Shown here in pieces: positions 23,000-35,251 of a DNA stretch of 54,517 nt. The position numbers and the translations under genes are program-made. Source of the stretch: Balamuthia mandrillaris (lineage: Eukaryota); the NCBI GenBank assembly GCA_031835245.2, contig JAVKOQ020000096.1, positions 124,001-178,517 on the forward strand. Direction: 5' to 3'. The notes beneath the pieces were generated by a model, which was given only the letters and a program-made list of their open reading frames with translations, did no database searches and had not been told where the DNA came from. Numbering within the stretch: the first letter of the stretch is position 1; every line of letters begins with the position of its first letter.

Positions 23000-23159
23000 T
23001 TTTCATTTTTGTTCTTATTTTCCGATAATCAGAAACCATGACGATAATAATTGTTAGCTATCACGCGAAACCATGCGTGCTCGACGATAATAATCAAATA
23101 TTCGTATCGATAATAATTGCTGCCGTTTTTGTAACAGCAGAAAAGACGAACGAAAAAGG

Positions 23160-23355
23160 ATGAGACGCGGTTTGGCCCTTGGCACTAACCCTTGGCTTGG
23201 TCGTGTGGGTGGCACCTTCAGCCCATTTGCCGTCGTTCCAGGAAGCTACGGCGGCGGCATCAGAACCTACTGTGCCGTCAGCTCCTTCAACAAGATCTAT
23301 TCCTCTGCTCAAGATGCCGTTAAAGACATTCCTTCTGGCTCTACTTTGTACTACT

Positions 23356-23447
<92 letters not shown>

Positions 23448-24664
23448 CGACACCTTATCTTAAAGAAACACACAAATAAAGGTTAGTGGGAGGCTTTGGG
23501 CTGTGTGGCATTCCAGAGAATCTCATCACCGCTTTGAGGGACACTGGAGTGAAGGACTTGACTGCAGTGAGCAACAACTGCGGCGTGGATGACTTTGGAT
23601 TAGGACTCCTCCTTCAGACCAAGCAGTTGAAGCGGATGGTCTCTTCCTACGTGGGAGAGAACGCCACCTTTGAGAAGCAGTACCTCAGCGGCGAACTTGA
23701 GCTCGAACTCACTCCACAGGTTTCTTTCCTCTTTTTTTTCTTCTGTGTTCGTCCTCGTAGTTTCATTCTTTCTTGTTGTTCCTTTGCTGTCTATTTCTTT
23801 TCTCGTCGCTTTTTTCTCGTCGTTGCTCTGTTTCTTGTTGCTCTTGTGTGCACGTTTTTGTAAACGCTGGTTTAATAATAGGGAAGCTTGGCCGAAAGGG
23901 TGAGGGCTGGAGGGGCTGGCATTCCTGCTTTCTACACCCCAACTGGCGTTGGTACCTTTCTGGAGGTAATGCTCTCGCTTCTTTCTTCTTTACTATGTAC
24001 TTTGCTTACAAAAAAAAAAAAAACACCAATAATAGGAAGGAGGTTTTGTCATCAAGTACAATAGCGATGGATCTCCTGCCATTCTGAGCAAGCCTCGTGA
24101 GGTTCTCCTCCTCGTCTCGTTATCTTTCTTCATGCTCGTTCATCTCCATTTGCATGCGTTTACTGATTTCCGTTTAAATTTTCAATGTTTATTCATTCAG
24201 ATACGTGAGTTCAACGGACGCAAATACTTGCTGGAAGAGGCTATTCGCGGGGACTTTGCTCTAGTCAAAGCCTGGAAGGCGGACACTAAGGGCAACCTCA
24301 TGTTCAGACGCACCGCGCGTAACTTCAACCCAGCCATGGCCACCGCTGCCAAGGTGTGCATAGCGGAGGTGGAGGAGATTGTAGAGGCTGGTGCCTTGGA
24401 TCCGGATGAGATCCATTTGCCTGGTATCTACGTTCAACGTCTCATTCGAGGTCCATCTTACCAAAAGCGAATTGAGGTTTTGTTCTCTTTATTCTCTCTT
24501 TTTTTAACGTTACTAATTCAAACAATAATAACACAATAGAGACTTACTTTGGACAAAGGAGAGTCAGAGAAGGCTATCGATCCGAAGCGGGAACGCATTG
24601 TCAAGCGTGCTGCTCTTGAGTTTGAGGTATGTACTACGTACTCTCGTTCTGTACGTTGCTCGAC

Positions 24665-24705
<41 letters not shown>

Positions 24706-25400
24706 GAAAAACACAGGATGGAATGTACTGCAACTTGGGTATTGGCATTCCCACTCTCTCCAGCAACTACATTCCAAAGGGCATCAGCATTGAGCTTCAA
24801 AGCGAAAACGGACTGTTGGGCATGGTAATGCTCTCTCTCGCTCTCTCTCTCATTTCTTCTGACGTCCAATACTTTTTTGTGATTGCCACCTTTAAAAAAA
24901 GGGACCATACCCAAAGACTGGTAAACAAGACCCTGACCTCATTAACGCTGGAAAGGAAACCGTCACGACATTGCCTGGCTCAGCTACTTTCTCCAGCGAT
25001 GCTTCCTTTGCTATGATCCGAGGGTATGGGCTCCTTCTTTTTCTTTCTTTTCCCTTTGTTTTGCTTTCCTCTGTCGTTTCTTTCCTTTTGTCTGTCGTAA
25101 GGAACACATGTACAACGAATTGTGAGTTGATAAAAGACGGACAAATAGAAATACACAACATGTTTTTCAAGTGAGACATATCCAAGTGTCTCATTTGACA
25201 AAGACTGTTGTGACACCTTTACTTCTGTGTTTCTCTCCTTGGCTTTTACATCTCTCATTTTTGAATGTTTTCTTGGACTAAATATTTATCCACTTGCTCT
25301 TTTTTCTTATTTCATAGTGCTCATATGAATTTGACAATGTTAGGCGCGTTGCAAGTCTCAAAGAATGGCGATCTTGCCAACTGGATTATTCCCGTACGTG

Positions 25401-25438
<38 letters not shown>

Positions 25439-25950
25439 ACACTCAGCTGACAAACGAAATCACAATACAAAGGGTAAAATGGTGAAAGGACCGGGAGGAG
25501 CCATGGACTTGACCAGTTCAGGCACACGCGTTGTGGTCACAATGGAACACACCGCCAAGGTTTGTATCTCTTTTCTCTCCCTTTTCTTTTGTTATTGTAA
25601 TCTCTGTTTAACGTCTCATAATGAAACAGGGTAAACATAAAATATTGGATAAGTGCGCTTTGCCATTGACTGCTCGCCAATGCGTTAACCGAATCATCAC
25701 TGATATGGTTTGTTTTCTCTTTTCTTCTGTTCGCTCTTTGAAAGGAAGAACAAGAACAAGAAGAAAATTTGACGAAAGAAACTAACAAACGAATCAAAAA
25801 TAGGCTGTATTTGACGTGAACCCAAAGACTGGCCTCACCCTGATCGAAATCGCGGAAGATACCAACCTGGAGGCCGTCAAACAAGCCACTGGATGCGAGT
25901 TCGCAGTCTCTCCCAAGCTTCAAAAGATGCGCAGTGTTGATACCGAATGA
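23160..25950 (+). CDS. OXCT1: Succinyl-CoA:3-ketoacid CoA transferase (SCOT), mitochondrial, multi-exon
   Basis: [45 protein letters not shown] (catalytic Glu), GDLANW, GGAMDL; basic N-terminal presequence. Confidence 0.95.
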
Positions 25951-26424
25951 ACGAGCGAATAAAACTAACTGGGAAGGCCTTTGCTTCATTGTTTGCTTCT
26001 TCTTCTAGCAAAGAATTCCGTGCCGAACGTGTACCTCTACCGAGGGCAAAAAAGTGTCCAAAAAGGAGGAAGACGATCGGTTACTGCCTACTCCGCCGCT
26101 GGCTGGCGGAAAATGCCTTGAATCGTACACGCGTCGACAAAAATTTTCTGGCAGGGCGAACTTTGGAGGGGGTGCAAGCTTAGGGCAATGTTGTGGTGTT
26201 CCAAATTGCAGGGTTTTTCCGCTGGGCCTAACTTGCGTTTCTGGAACTGGACTGCATTTGACCTGTCCCTAAGGAAAAAAATGGCCCTCTCAGCGGAAAT
26301 TGCGTGCTAAACGGCTAGGCAATGATACTCGCAGGGAAGGTAGGCTGCGGCTTTGGTGTCTTTCATTGTTTTCTTATTTTTTGAGAGGAACAACTGCGTA
26401 TCAGCGTAACAAAAGAAGGTATGT

Positions 26425-27352
26425 TTACTGAAGCATGTCTAACAAATCTTGTGCACTAACAGACTTGCGTGCTTCGGCAGGTTTCTTTCTTTTTATTGTT
26501 GTTGTTGATGCTGCCTTGGCAGAAGTGGAAGATGCAGCATTTTTGGGTGCAGGAAGAGATGATGCGGAAGATGAAGATGATGATGAAGATACAGGAGGAG
26601 GGGGAGGAAGTCTTGCCTTCTTCTTAGCTCCTTCTCGTTCTTCGCTTCCTTCCTGATGCGATTTGTTTGCTGCTCTTCGTCTAGATTTACAAAAAAACAA
26701 AAGTTAGTTTCTTCTCTTCTCTCTCTTTCTCGCTCTCTTCCTCTTTCATCTGTTTTCTCTGTCTCCCCTTCTTCTCTTTCAGTTCGAAGGTAACGGCACG
26801 TACCTTTTTCTAACTGTAGTTCGTATGTTGTAGTTCGTTTCATCTTCCAGCAAAGAGAAAGAGGGAGTTGGTCCTGTCAACGAGAAAGTATGTTTGTTGT
26901 TTTCTCCATTGGAACGAGCTTCATTCTCTGATGCCTCTTCCTCTTCTTCTCCTCCCTCAGATGAAAGTTGAAGTTTTGATGCTGCGGCTTTTTTATCTTT
27001 TGGCTTTGTCACAGGAGGAGCATCAATTTGAGTTGGTCTAGTGGTCAATTCTGCTTTTAGCTCTCGGATCCGTCTCTTCTTTTCATTCAGTATAACCACA
27101 AACTTAAAGTGTTTTAGTTAAGAGTGTTGTTTGGTATTTGTTGTTCTCTCTCTCTCTCTCTCTGCTCTCCGTTAAAAAGAAGACAAACCTTTTTGTACAA
27201 TTCTTGTTCTAATGCAACCTTTTCTTCAACGAGTGCATTGAGGTGAGTGTTGGCTTCCTCTTTTTGTGCATGCAGGCGTTCATTGCGTTGTCGTAGCTGC
27301 TTGTTCTCTTTCTTTTTATTTTTTCACAAACAGCAAAAGTTTATGTTAGCAA

Positions 27353-27395
<43 letters not shown>

Positions 27396-28267
27396 CCCTG
27401 AATCCTTTTCTTTTTGAAAAGCAACAAACCTCAATGAGATTCTGTCTTTGAAGAAACCAATCGAAGAACTGCTGGATCTCCGCTTGGCCATCTTTAACTC
27501 TTCGAAGCGGCAACGTGCCTTTCATCTAGATGAACAAGCAACAAGTCAGAAAAAGGAGACAAGAACAAAAGGACAAGGAGTCAAGCACAAACGTACAGAA
27601 AAGCTAATGGCGGATTCCTGAAGTCGAATGCGCCAGGTAAACTATCTCATGCAGAGAGAAACAAGAAAGCGAGAAAAGAGAGCAGAGAGCAGAGGGCAGA
27701 GAGCAAAGAGAGAACGAGAGAAGACCTGTTAAGCATTTGTTGTTTTTCAAACAACAAAGAAGGGCGGAAAATGGGAGTTTACTCACTTCAACGTCGCCTG
27801 GGACGGTGGAGGATGCGCTGAGCTTGTAGGAGAAGCGCTTCTTGGTGAGGTCCTGGGAGGTAAGGGCTTGTCTGGTGAGCCTCATGTATTCCGCCAACGG
27901 CATCTCTGGTGGCTTCAACGTGCCTTCTATGTACTCCTTACTTGCTGTGTTCCAAAAAGATCAACACCAAAGAGAAAATGACGCAAGAGAGGGAGAAGAA
28001 GAGGAAGAAGAGGAAGAGAGTACCAGCGCCGGACCAAACGTGTCTCGCATCGCTGAGCGTCAGATCGAAGCAGTCAGCCTGCCACCACGTCCGCAGGTAG
28101 AAGCGTTTCCCTCCCAACACGACCTTGCATATTACCGTTTGTTCTTCCTCCTCCTCTTCGCCTTCCTCTTCTCCACCTCCTGCTCGCCGATGTGTCGCCG
28201 CCGCTTCCTCCTCCTCTACTTCTTCTTCTACTTGCGTCCACTCTTCCTCCTCCCGCGATACATCCAT
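26425..28267 (-). CDS. XRCC4: DNA repair protein XRCC4, multi-exon
   Basis: Head domain FYLRTWWQADCFDLTLSDARHVWSG; coiled coil ending LYKKFVVILNEKKRRIREL (ligase IV-binding signature). Confidence 0.85.
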
Positions 28268-28558
28268 CTTTGTTCCGTTTGTTTTTGTTTATGTGTAGAC
28301 TGCAATCCATAATATTTTTTCCTAGAAATTTTTTAAAATGCTTAACCAATTTTGTCGACTTTCATATAAACAAGAAAAGGTCAAATTGTACGGTAATTGT
28401 GCAGTAATTTCGGAAGATTGTTTCTCCTGTAGGATAATTTAATTAAACAACATCCAATCAAAACCTAGGTCAGGTCATTTCATAATGAGTCAATCCCTTT
28501 CTTGTAGTTTTATTTTTGGTTGCGTGTTCGTCTTTCAGCAAACTAAAATAAAACTGTA

Positions 28559-29454
28559 ATGCGCCACGTTCTGTGTTGCCTGGTGGTGGTGGCTCTGGCA
28601 TGCGGTGTGGGTGGCACTGGCTGCCTTCCCGACTGGACAGAGCTGTCGTTTATCGAGGCTGCCAAGTTTTGTTTCACCTCCTGTGACGTATGGAGGTTTC
28701 GTCCTTCTCTCTACTGCGGGTAACTCCAACTTTCCCTTTCTCTTCACCTCCCCTCTTTTTTTTTTGTATCCTCAACAAAAACACAACCCAGGTGCATAGC
28801 CTCGTTGGTCTATCCTTGCATGAGCATTGTGGCTCCCTCCTTTATCAACAACAAGACTGTACCGGAAGAGCTTCACGCCTCTCTATTCGTTACCAGATGT
28901 GCTTCGGTCTGCGGGGAACTGTGTTACAAAATAGACGATGAGGGCACGGAGGAAAGTGAAACCGTCACTCTTCCAACACGTTTTGAAGCACGTGCTTCCG
29001 CGCTCTCTCTTCCCTCCTTTTTCGACAGTCTGGACCAGCTAGAGACGGCTTGGAGCAAATCCTGTCCGAGTTGCCCTGGTGGACAGTCCGAAGGAAACCT
29101 GGTGCCACAGAGCCGCAGCAGTTGGTTGGTGGAGTTTCCCGCAGGCGTCAACTACGGCCTTTGTGCTTGCGTGCGGGGCTATGGTGGCCCCGATTGTAAG
29201 TATGGTAATTCTTCCTCTTGTTGTCTCAAGTGTCGTTATTGTCTGTTCTTCTCTGTCTTTTATTTTTCTTCTTATCCTAACCGAACAAACAAACAAACAG
29301 AGCTTGACGTTACTACAGACTGCCAGTATGTTGGAGGTTGCATCAACATTACCCAGTTTGATACTATTTATAGTACTGCTGAGTTGTGTGCTCCTTATAA
29401 AGCGTTAGTTCCATTTCCTTCTCCCTCTGTGTATTGCTTTGAAACTATCGGCAT

Positions 29455-29501
<47 letters not shown>

Positions 29502-30644
29502 CGCTCTAGCTCTGTTCCTCCCTCTCTCCCCTCTGGCTTCTCTTATTCACCCTTTCTCCCCTGCATGATAAACAGTTGTGACGACAGCAGCGGTGTTTGT
29601 TATCGCGACGGTCTTCGTTCCATATGCCCAGCAAAGCTTCTTCCAGTGGATCCACAAGAGTGTTACACGCTGGACTGTTACATAGACGCCTACCGCGAAT
29701 GCACCCCTCGAACGCCCAACAAATGTCCTCGTTGTGATGATACTCAACAGAGCTTCCGCTGCTGGGATGGAAGCTGTCAGCTAAACCTGCTGGACTGTCG
29801 TCCTCCGCCGAGTTCTCGCTTCATCTTGGCCTCCGAAGGCTTCATCGAGGCACTTCAAGACACCAATGCCCCTCGTTGGGAGTTTGAGTTCCCTGATGCA
29901 CAAGACCCAAACGAGTCGCTCGGAGGGGTGGAAGTGCCACCGGAAGCCTTTGGGGAGTCGGTGTTCTTGAGGATGAGGCCAGTCTCGGTGAAGAAGATCT
30001 ATGAATTGTTCAGGGAGAGGTTTGTGGAGGAGGTGATGTCTTCCATGGTCTCCTTGAAAGCGTTCAGAGCGGTGGCTGACGAGGAAGAATACGGACACGA
30101 CTTTGGTGCGCCAGTGAGAATCCGGCTTCGCGCTCAGCTTCCTGTTAATGCTGTACGTCTTCTCTCATTCTTCTCACTTCTTCTTTGTTGTTCTGCTCTT
30201 TTTTCACTTCGTGCTCTTATAATGATACTCACAACAAACAAACAGTCAGTTATCGATGCTTGTCTTTCCTTCTTGGACGAGAGCAACCAGACGAATCCGC
30301 AATGGGTCTGCCTGAACGACAGCCGCGTGCTCAGCCTGGATCCCTTGGTCTTCACAGCCACCACCACTCACTTCACCGACTTTGCTGTGCTCCTTGGGGA
30401 AAGCCCCGATGGTGATGGCGATGGGGACGGCGAGGACGGAGCAGGAGCGGAGGACGACGCGGAGGAGAAGGATGACGGAGGAGAGGACAACATGGCTCCC
30501 ATCGTGGGAGGCGTTGTGGGCGGGGTGGCGTTCATCGGCATCGTGGTGGTGGCCAGCTTGGTCGTGCTTTGGTTCGTGCGAGGCAAAATGGAGATGGCCG
30601 GCAGCAGCAATGCATCTGTGGTTAACTTTGATGGTGAAGAATAA
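28559..30644 (+). CDS. Single-pass membrane protein: signal peptide, Cys-rich/EGF-like ectodomain, GPS motif, TM helix (multi-exon)
   Basis: MRHVLCCLVVVALACG signal; CACVRGYGGPDC EGF; RCWDGSC; CLSFLDE...WVCL...TTTHFTDFAVLL; TM IVGGVVGGVAFIGIVVVASLVVLWFV. Confidence 0.8.
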
Positions 30645-31003
30645 AAGATACATCAAAACGTTAATGTACACCACCAGCACTTTAAGAAGTAAACTAACAA
30701 CACATCTTTGGCTTGAAGACGCAGAGCGAGAACCTGCGAAGTGGATGGTAGTCATGGAGGGAAGAAGAACAGGAGACAGAGAATTGTATGGGGAGCATTC
30801 CATGAAGAGAACATGCGGATGAAAGCCCCCCAAGAGAGGAAGACTAGTCGTTAGATGAAGAGCAAGTGGAACAACAAGATACAAGCGCAAGGAGAGGTAG
30901 ACCAAGGACCGCTGGCTTCAACCATGGAAAGGGTGAGTCGGTGTTGTGCTTTGAAATAATTCTTGGAATATATTTTGCTACAAATAAATAAATAAAAAAG
31001 AAG

Positions 31004-31773
31004 ATGAGCGCCAAACAAACCTCACGGCGTCTGTTGAACAGACTGTCGAGGGAGCAGCTGCTGCACCTGGCCCAACAGGTGTGGTCCGTCCCGCTGCAGG
31101 GTTCCTCCCAAGCCGAGCACAGCAAAAAAACCGCCGTTGTTACCGAGATTCTGAACAACTGCAAAGTACGTAAGCGATTCGAGTCTAATGATCGCAAAAC
31201 ACATTTTGATTTGATCTTCGCTCTCGCTCTCCCTCTTTCCCTCTCTCTCGTATTCGGTAGGATGGGGTGTTATCAGCGGAACAACTAGCAGACGTTGATT
31301 TGCTTTGTACGTAGCAAAATCAATTCGAATTCTAATCGCTACGTTTTTTTTTAAAAAAACTCTGATCGTTCTCTTCGTCCTTCTTCTCTTTCTTCTTGTT
31401 CTTCTTCTTCTTCTTCTTCTTCTCTCAGTGTTACAAACAAATCCGAATCGAAAGAGTTGGACGGGTTATGTCTTGACCACGCTGGACAGCGACTCCGCTC
31501 AGGAGAGGAAACGGATCTTGCCCAACGGCAACCATGGGGGTCTCTCCATGGGCGACCCGACCGCCCTCCGTGAGCGCCTCTCAGAAGCCATGGTGTACCT
31601 TCAACATGTAGCTTATCTCCTTCCTCTCTGTCTATATGTCCTTCTTCCTTTGCCATTCTCATCTTTGGTATCCTCCTTCTGTTGTTTCGTTCTGGAACCT
31701 TGTTGTTCGTTCTTCACTTTCTCTCCCATGTTTCTTTCTTGCTGTTTGTCTCTTTTCGTTGCTCTCATTCACT

Positions 31774-31805
<32 letters not shown>

Positions 31806-32937
31806 GGTATCGATTGGATGGCTGAATGACAGCAAATAACGGTTCGGCCATCGTCTTCACCATCGGAAGGCGCTCTGTGGATAAGAATCGTCATCAAGGA
31901 GGAGGGAGGTGGATGTATATTCTTTGTGTTATACCCACAGACTCCTTTTCTCTTTGCCTCCCCCATCAAACAAGCTTATCAGCCTTATGTTTTTCAAGCT
32001 CTTGGTATGTTTCTTTCTTTTTCTTGTTCTTCTTCGTGCTTCTTCGTGCTTCTTCTGCTTCTGCTTCTTTATTATCAACATCGTTTTCTGTCTTCTTTCT
32101 ACTCATATTTCTCTGTAACTCTCCCATTAACACAAACATTAGGATCAACGTTAGAAGGCAAGCTTTCTGGTCTTCCTCTCAAAGGCAAGAATTTAGGCGG
32201 TCTTGTGGACCTTGTTCTCCACAGCGATAGTCAGGGTTACTTCTCCGATTTTAGATCTCCCATTTCTTCTCCTGCTTCATTATCACCTTCTTCTGGTTCT
32301 TCTTCTTCATCTTCGTCTTCTTCTTCTTCTTCATTTCAAGTTATTTCAGCAACATCAACACGGCAAAAAAAGAGAAAGAAAGACGAAATGACTTCGCTGG
32401 TGGTGGAGGACCAAGATTTGCTTGACCAGCGACAGGAGACAGCAGAGCGGATGTTCGGAAGCGGAGCGCCTCCTCCTTTAGACTCTGTTTCTTTCTGGGT
32501 ATGCTCTTCTCCTTCTTCTTCCACTCCTCTGTTCTTTTTTTTTTGTCTCACACTTCCAACAATAGGTAAAAGATGAGCTACGAAACATAATCCCAAAGAA
32601 TGAAACTAAACAAGAAAGAGAAAAAGCGAAAGAAGAGCAAGCAGATGACACATCATTGCGGCCATTCAAATATTTGGTGGAGCTCAAAGGCGACAACGTG
32701 CTGCTCGGCCTTAGAGAGTTGGTAAAGCTGGGCTGGGCCACTCCTCCTTTTCCTCCTGAACTTCAAAACATGACTTCTCTCTGCCACAACCAATTCACTA
32801 TCGATCTCGCTTCGTCTTCTTCTTCAAGCCGGAAAAATGGAACAGAAACAACCAAAGACAACCACAACATCAACAAAGAAAGAGAGAAACGAACAAGAAC
32901 AACTTCAACGTCAACGACAAAAGATTCATCATTATAA
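31004..32937 (+). CDS. CENPN: Centromere protein N (Chl4/Mis15)-like, multi-exon
   Basis: LLNRLSREQLLHLAQQVW, GVISAEQLADVDLL...KSW, and C-terminal VELKGDNVLLGLRELVKLGWATPP resemble CENP-N/Chl4. Confidence 0.7.
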
Positions 32938-32983
32938 TAGTAATAGTAATAGAAGAAAGCACAAAAGAAGGAAAGAAAGAGAA

Positions 32984-34008
32984 TTAGTGGGAATGGATGG
33001 GAAGGTACTTGGCATCCAACAGGACCTTTCTCATCCTGCTGATGTCCTTCTTGCCCTCTCCCTTGCCGGCCTTCAGATCGCACAGCTCGGTCACTTTCTC
33101 CCATGACTTGCCACGTTCCACGTTGGCCGTTGCCTCTATCTCACCTCTTAACCTTTCTTCTCCCTCCCTTTTGTGTTTTTGTTTTTGTGAATGGAGAAAT
33201 AAGAAACAAAGCAACAGAGAAGTAACAAAGAGAAAGAAGAACAGAGAGAAGAGAGCAAGAAAGAAGCGAAGAGACGAAGAGAAGAGAGGATAGAGAAGAG
33301 AAGAGAAGATAATAAGAGAGAAGAAAAGGGGTCAGGAAGGAAGGTAACTTGTTGGCCTTTTTCCTCCTCTCGATCTCTTGCTTCCTCTCCTCGTAGAACT
33401 GGTCGAGCTCCTTGCGGGCGGCGTCGCGCATCTCTTGGTGCTTCTTCTCAGAGGCCTTGGCCTGCTCTGCCAACAACTTCTCTTGTTTCTTTTGCCATTG
33501 GCTTGTTTGCAAGTGGTGGTGTCAGTCCCATGTGAAACATAAGAGAAGGGAGAGAAGGAGGGAGTGGCGAGAGCAAACAGAGCAGAGAGAGAGAGAGCGG
33601 GAGAGAAGATTTGATCAGAGGAGCGATGATTTTTTTTCTAAAAAAAAAATAGCAAACGAGATTAAAGTGAACAGATTGATGAAGATGAAAAAAATACAGT
33701 AACCAAAGTAAACGAGTGAAGGAAAAAAAATGAATCCGATGATTCATTCGATCGAAAAGGAGGGAGGATGGGTTTTGTTTAAGGTACCTGAGAGGAGAGT
33801 CGGCAGGAGGGGGCTGCTGCGGTGGGGCTTGGGACTGGAAGCTAGGGCTGCTGGTGGGGGTGGCCGTGTTGGCCTCCGTCGGTATGAGAAAGTCTTCCTG
33901 TTGTTGTGTGGCCTCCTGCTCCTCCTGCCCTGGCGCTACGCCTTCCTCGCCCACCACCTCCTCGTCCTCCTCCTTGAACTTTTCCTCTTGGCCAAAAAAA
34001 TCGTCCAT
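32984..34008 (-). CDS. CLC: Clathrin light chain, multi-exon
   Basis: SPLRQWQKKQ...ARKELDQFYEER...KKAN, SWEKVTELCD, KDISRMRKVLL. Confidence 0.9.
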
Positions 34009-34809
34009 GTTTTTTTTTTTTTGTGGTTTGGCTTTTTCAGAGGTTATTTTGGTCAATTTTTTTTTTTTTGAGTGTGAATGATTCGAAAGAAAAGAAAAAG
34101 AGGAAGAGCCAAAAAAAAAAAAAAAAAAAAAGAAGGGGAGAGGGAGAGGGTGTGTTTGTTTTGATGTGCCTTACCTTCTCTCTCTCTCTCTCTCCTTTGC
34201 CACCTTTTTTTTTTTTTGCCTTTTTTTCCTTTCTTCAAAAAATCGTAGGTTTTGCTGTGATCATGTCGTCACGGATAAAAATGACCACAATTGCTGCAAA
34301 TGTTGTCTTTGGCGGCCAGCCACAAGCACAGCTCCCATCGTGCACATTACCTGAAGCAATGGAGGTCAGTCGAACCCAAAAAGAAAAAATAAGAAAAAGA
34401 AAAAGAGAGAGAGAGAAAGAGAGAAGGAAGGGAGGAGAAGGAGGAGAGGGACGACAAACAAAAAAAAAAAAGAAAAGTTTGAAGAGTTTGAGTGCACTCC
34501 TTTTTTTTTTTTTCTTCTCTCTCCTCTTTTTCTTCTTCTTTTTTGGTCTTCTTTTTTTTTTTTTAAAAAAAAAACCCCTTTCGAAGCGACTTTCCGGCGA
34601 AACTATTTTATTTTTTCGGTGGTGAGTCTTTTTTTTTTTTTTTTTTTGCGTTTGCCATCGGGTGGGTGGCTTGGCAAACCAGAAAGAGAGACTAGGGTAG
34701 GGAGTGAGAGAGAATTCCAAAACTGTCCTAGTGCCACCTAGTGAGGAAGCACAGAGAGGGCGGGAACAGTGCTTGCTTGCTTGCTTGCAGTTTAACAAAA
34801 AAAAAACCA

Positions 34810-34879
34810 ATGAGCGACTTTTGGGTCCGTGCTGTTGGCGGCGATGACTGTACGTCTCCTCTGCTTCTCTGCTCTTCTC

Positions 34880-34923
<44 letters not shown>

Positions 34924-35207
34924 CTCCTTGTTCTCTCTCATCAACTCTTTTTTTTTAAAAAAGATGTGGCCTCCGTCCAAAATGCGGCAGAGAGGAAGCG
35001 TTTGGTGGAGGAGCTGAAGCTCTCCATGAAGGAGGTGATCAACACGTCCATCGCCAACGATGGACCCATTTACGACTGGAGCGCTGGGCTCAACCGCTTC
35101 ACCTCTGCGCTGGAACAGGTCCTAAAGCACCAAATGAAAAGTACTTTGCTCTCTACTCTTGTTCTCTCTTCTATTCTTCTCTATGCTTCTTTGCTTCGCT
35201 TTTCTCT

Positions 35208-35251
<44 letters not shown>

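Noticed and set aside
26160..26300. Telomerase RNA or RNase P/MRP identity for the pseudoknot-like region
   Set aside because: No 1.5-repeat template upstream and no convincing CR-I/CR-V motifs.
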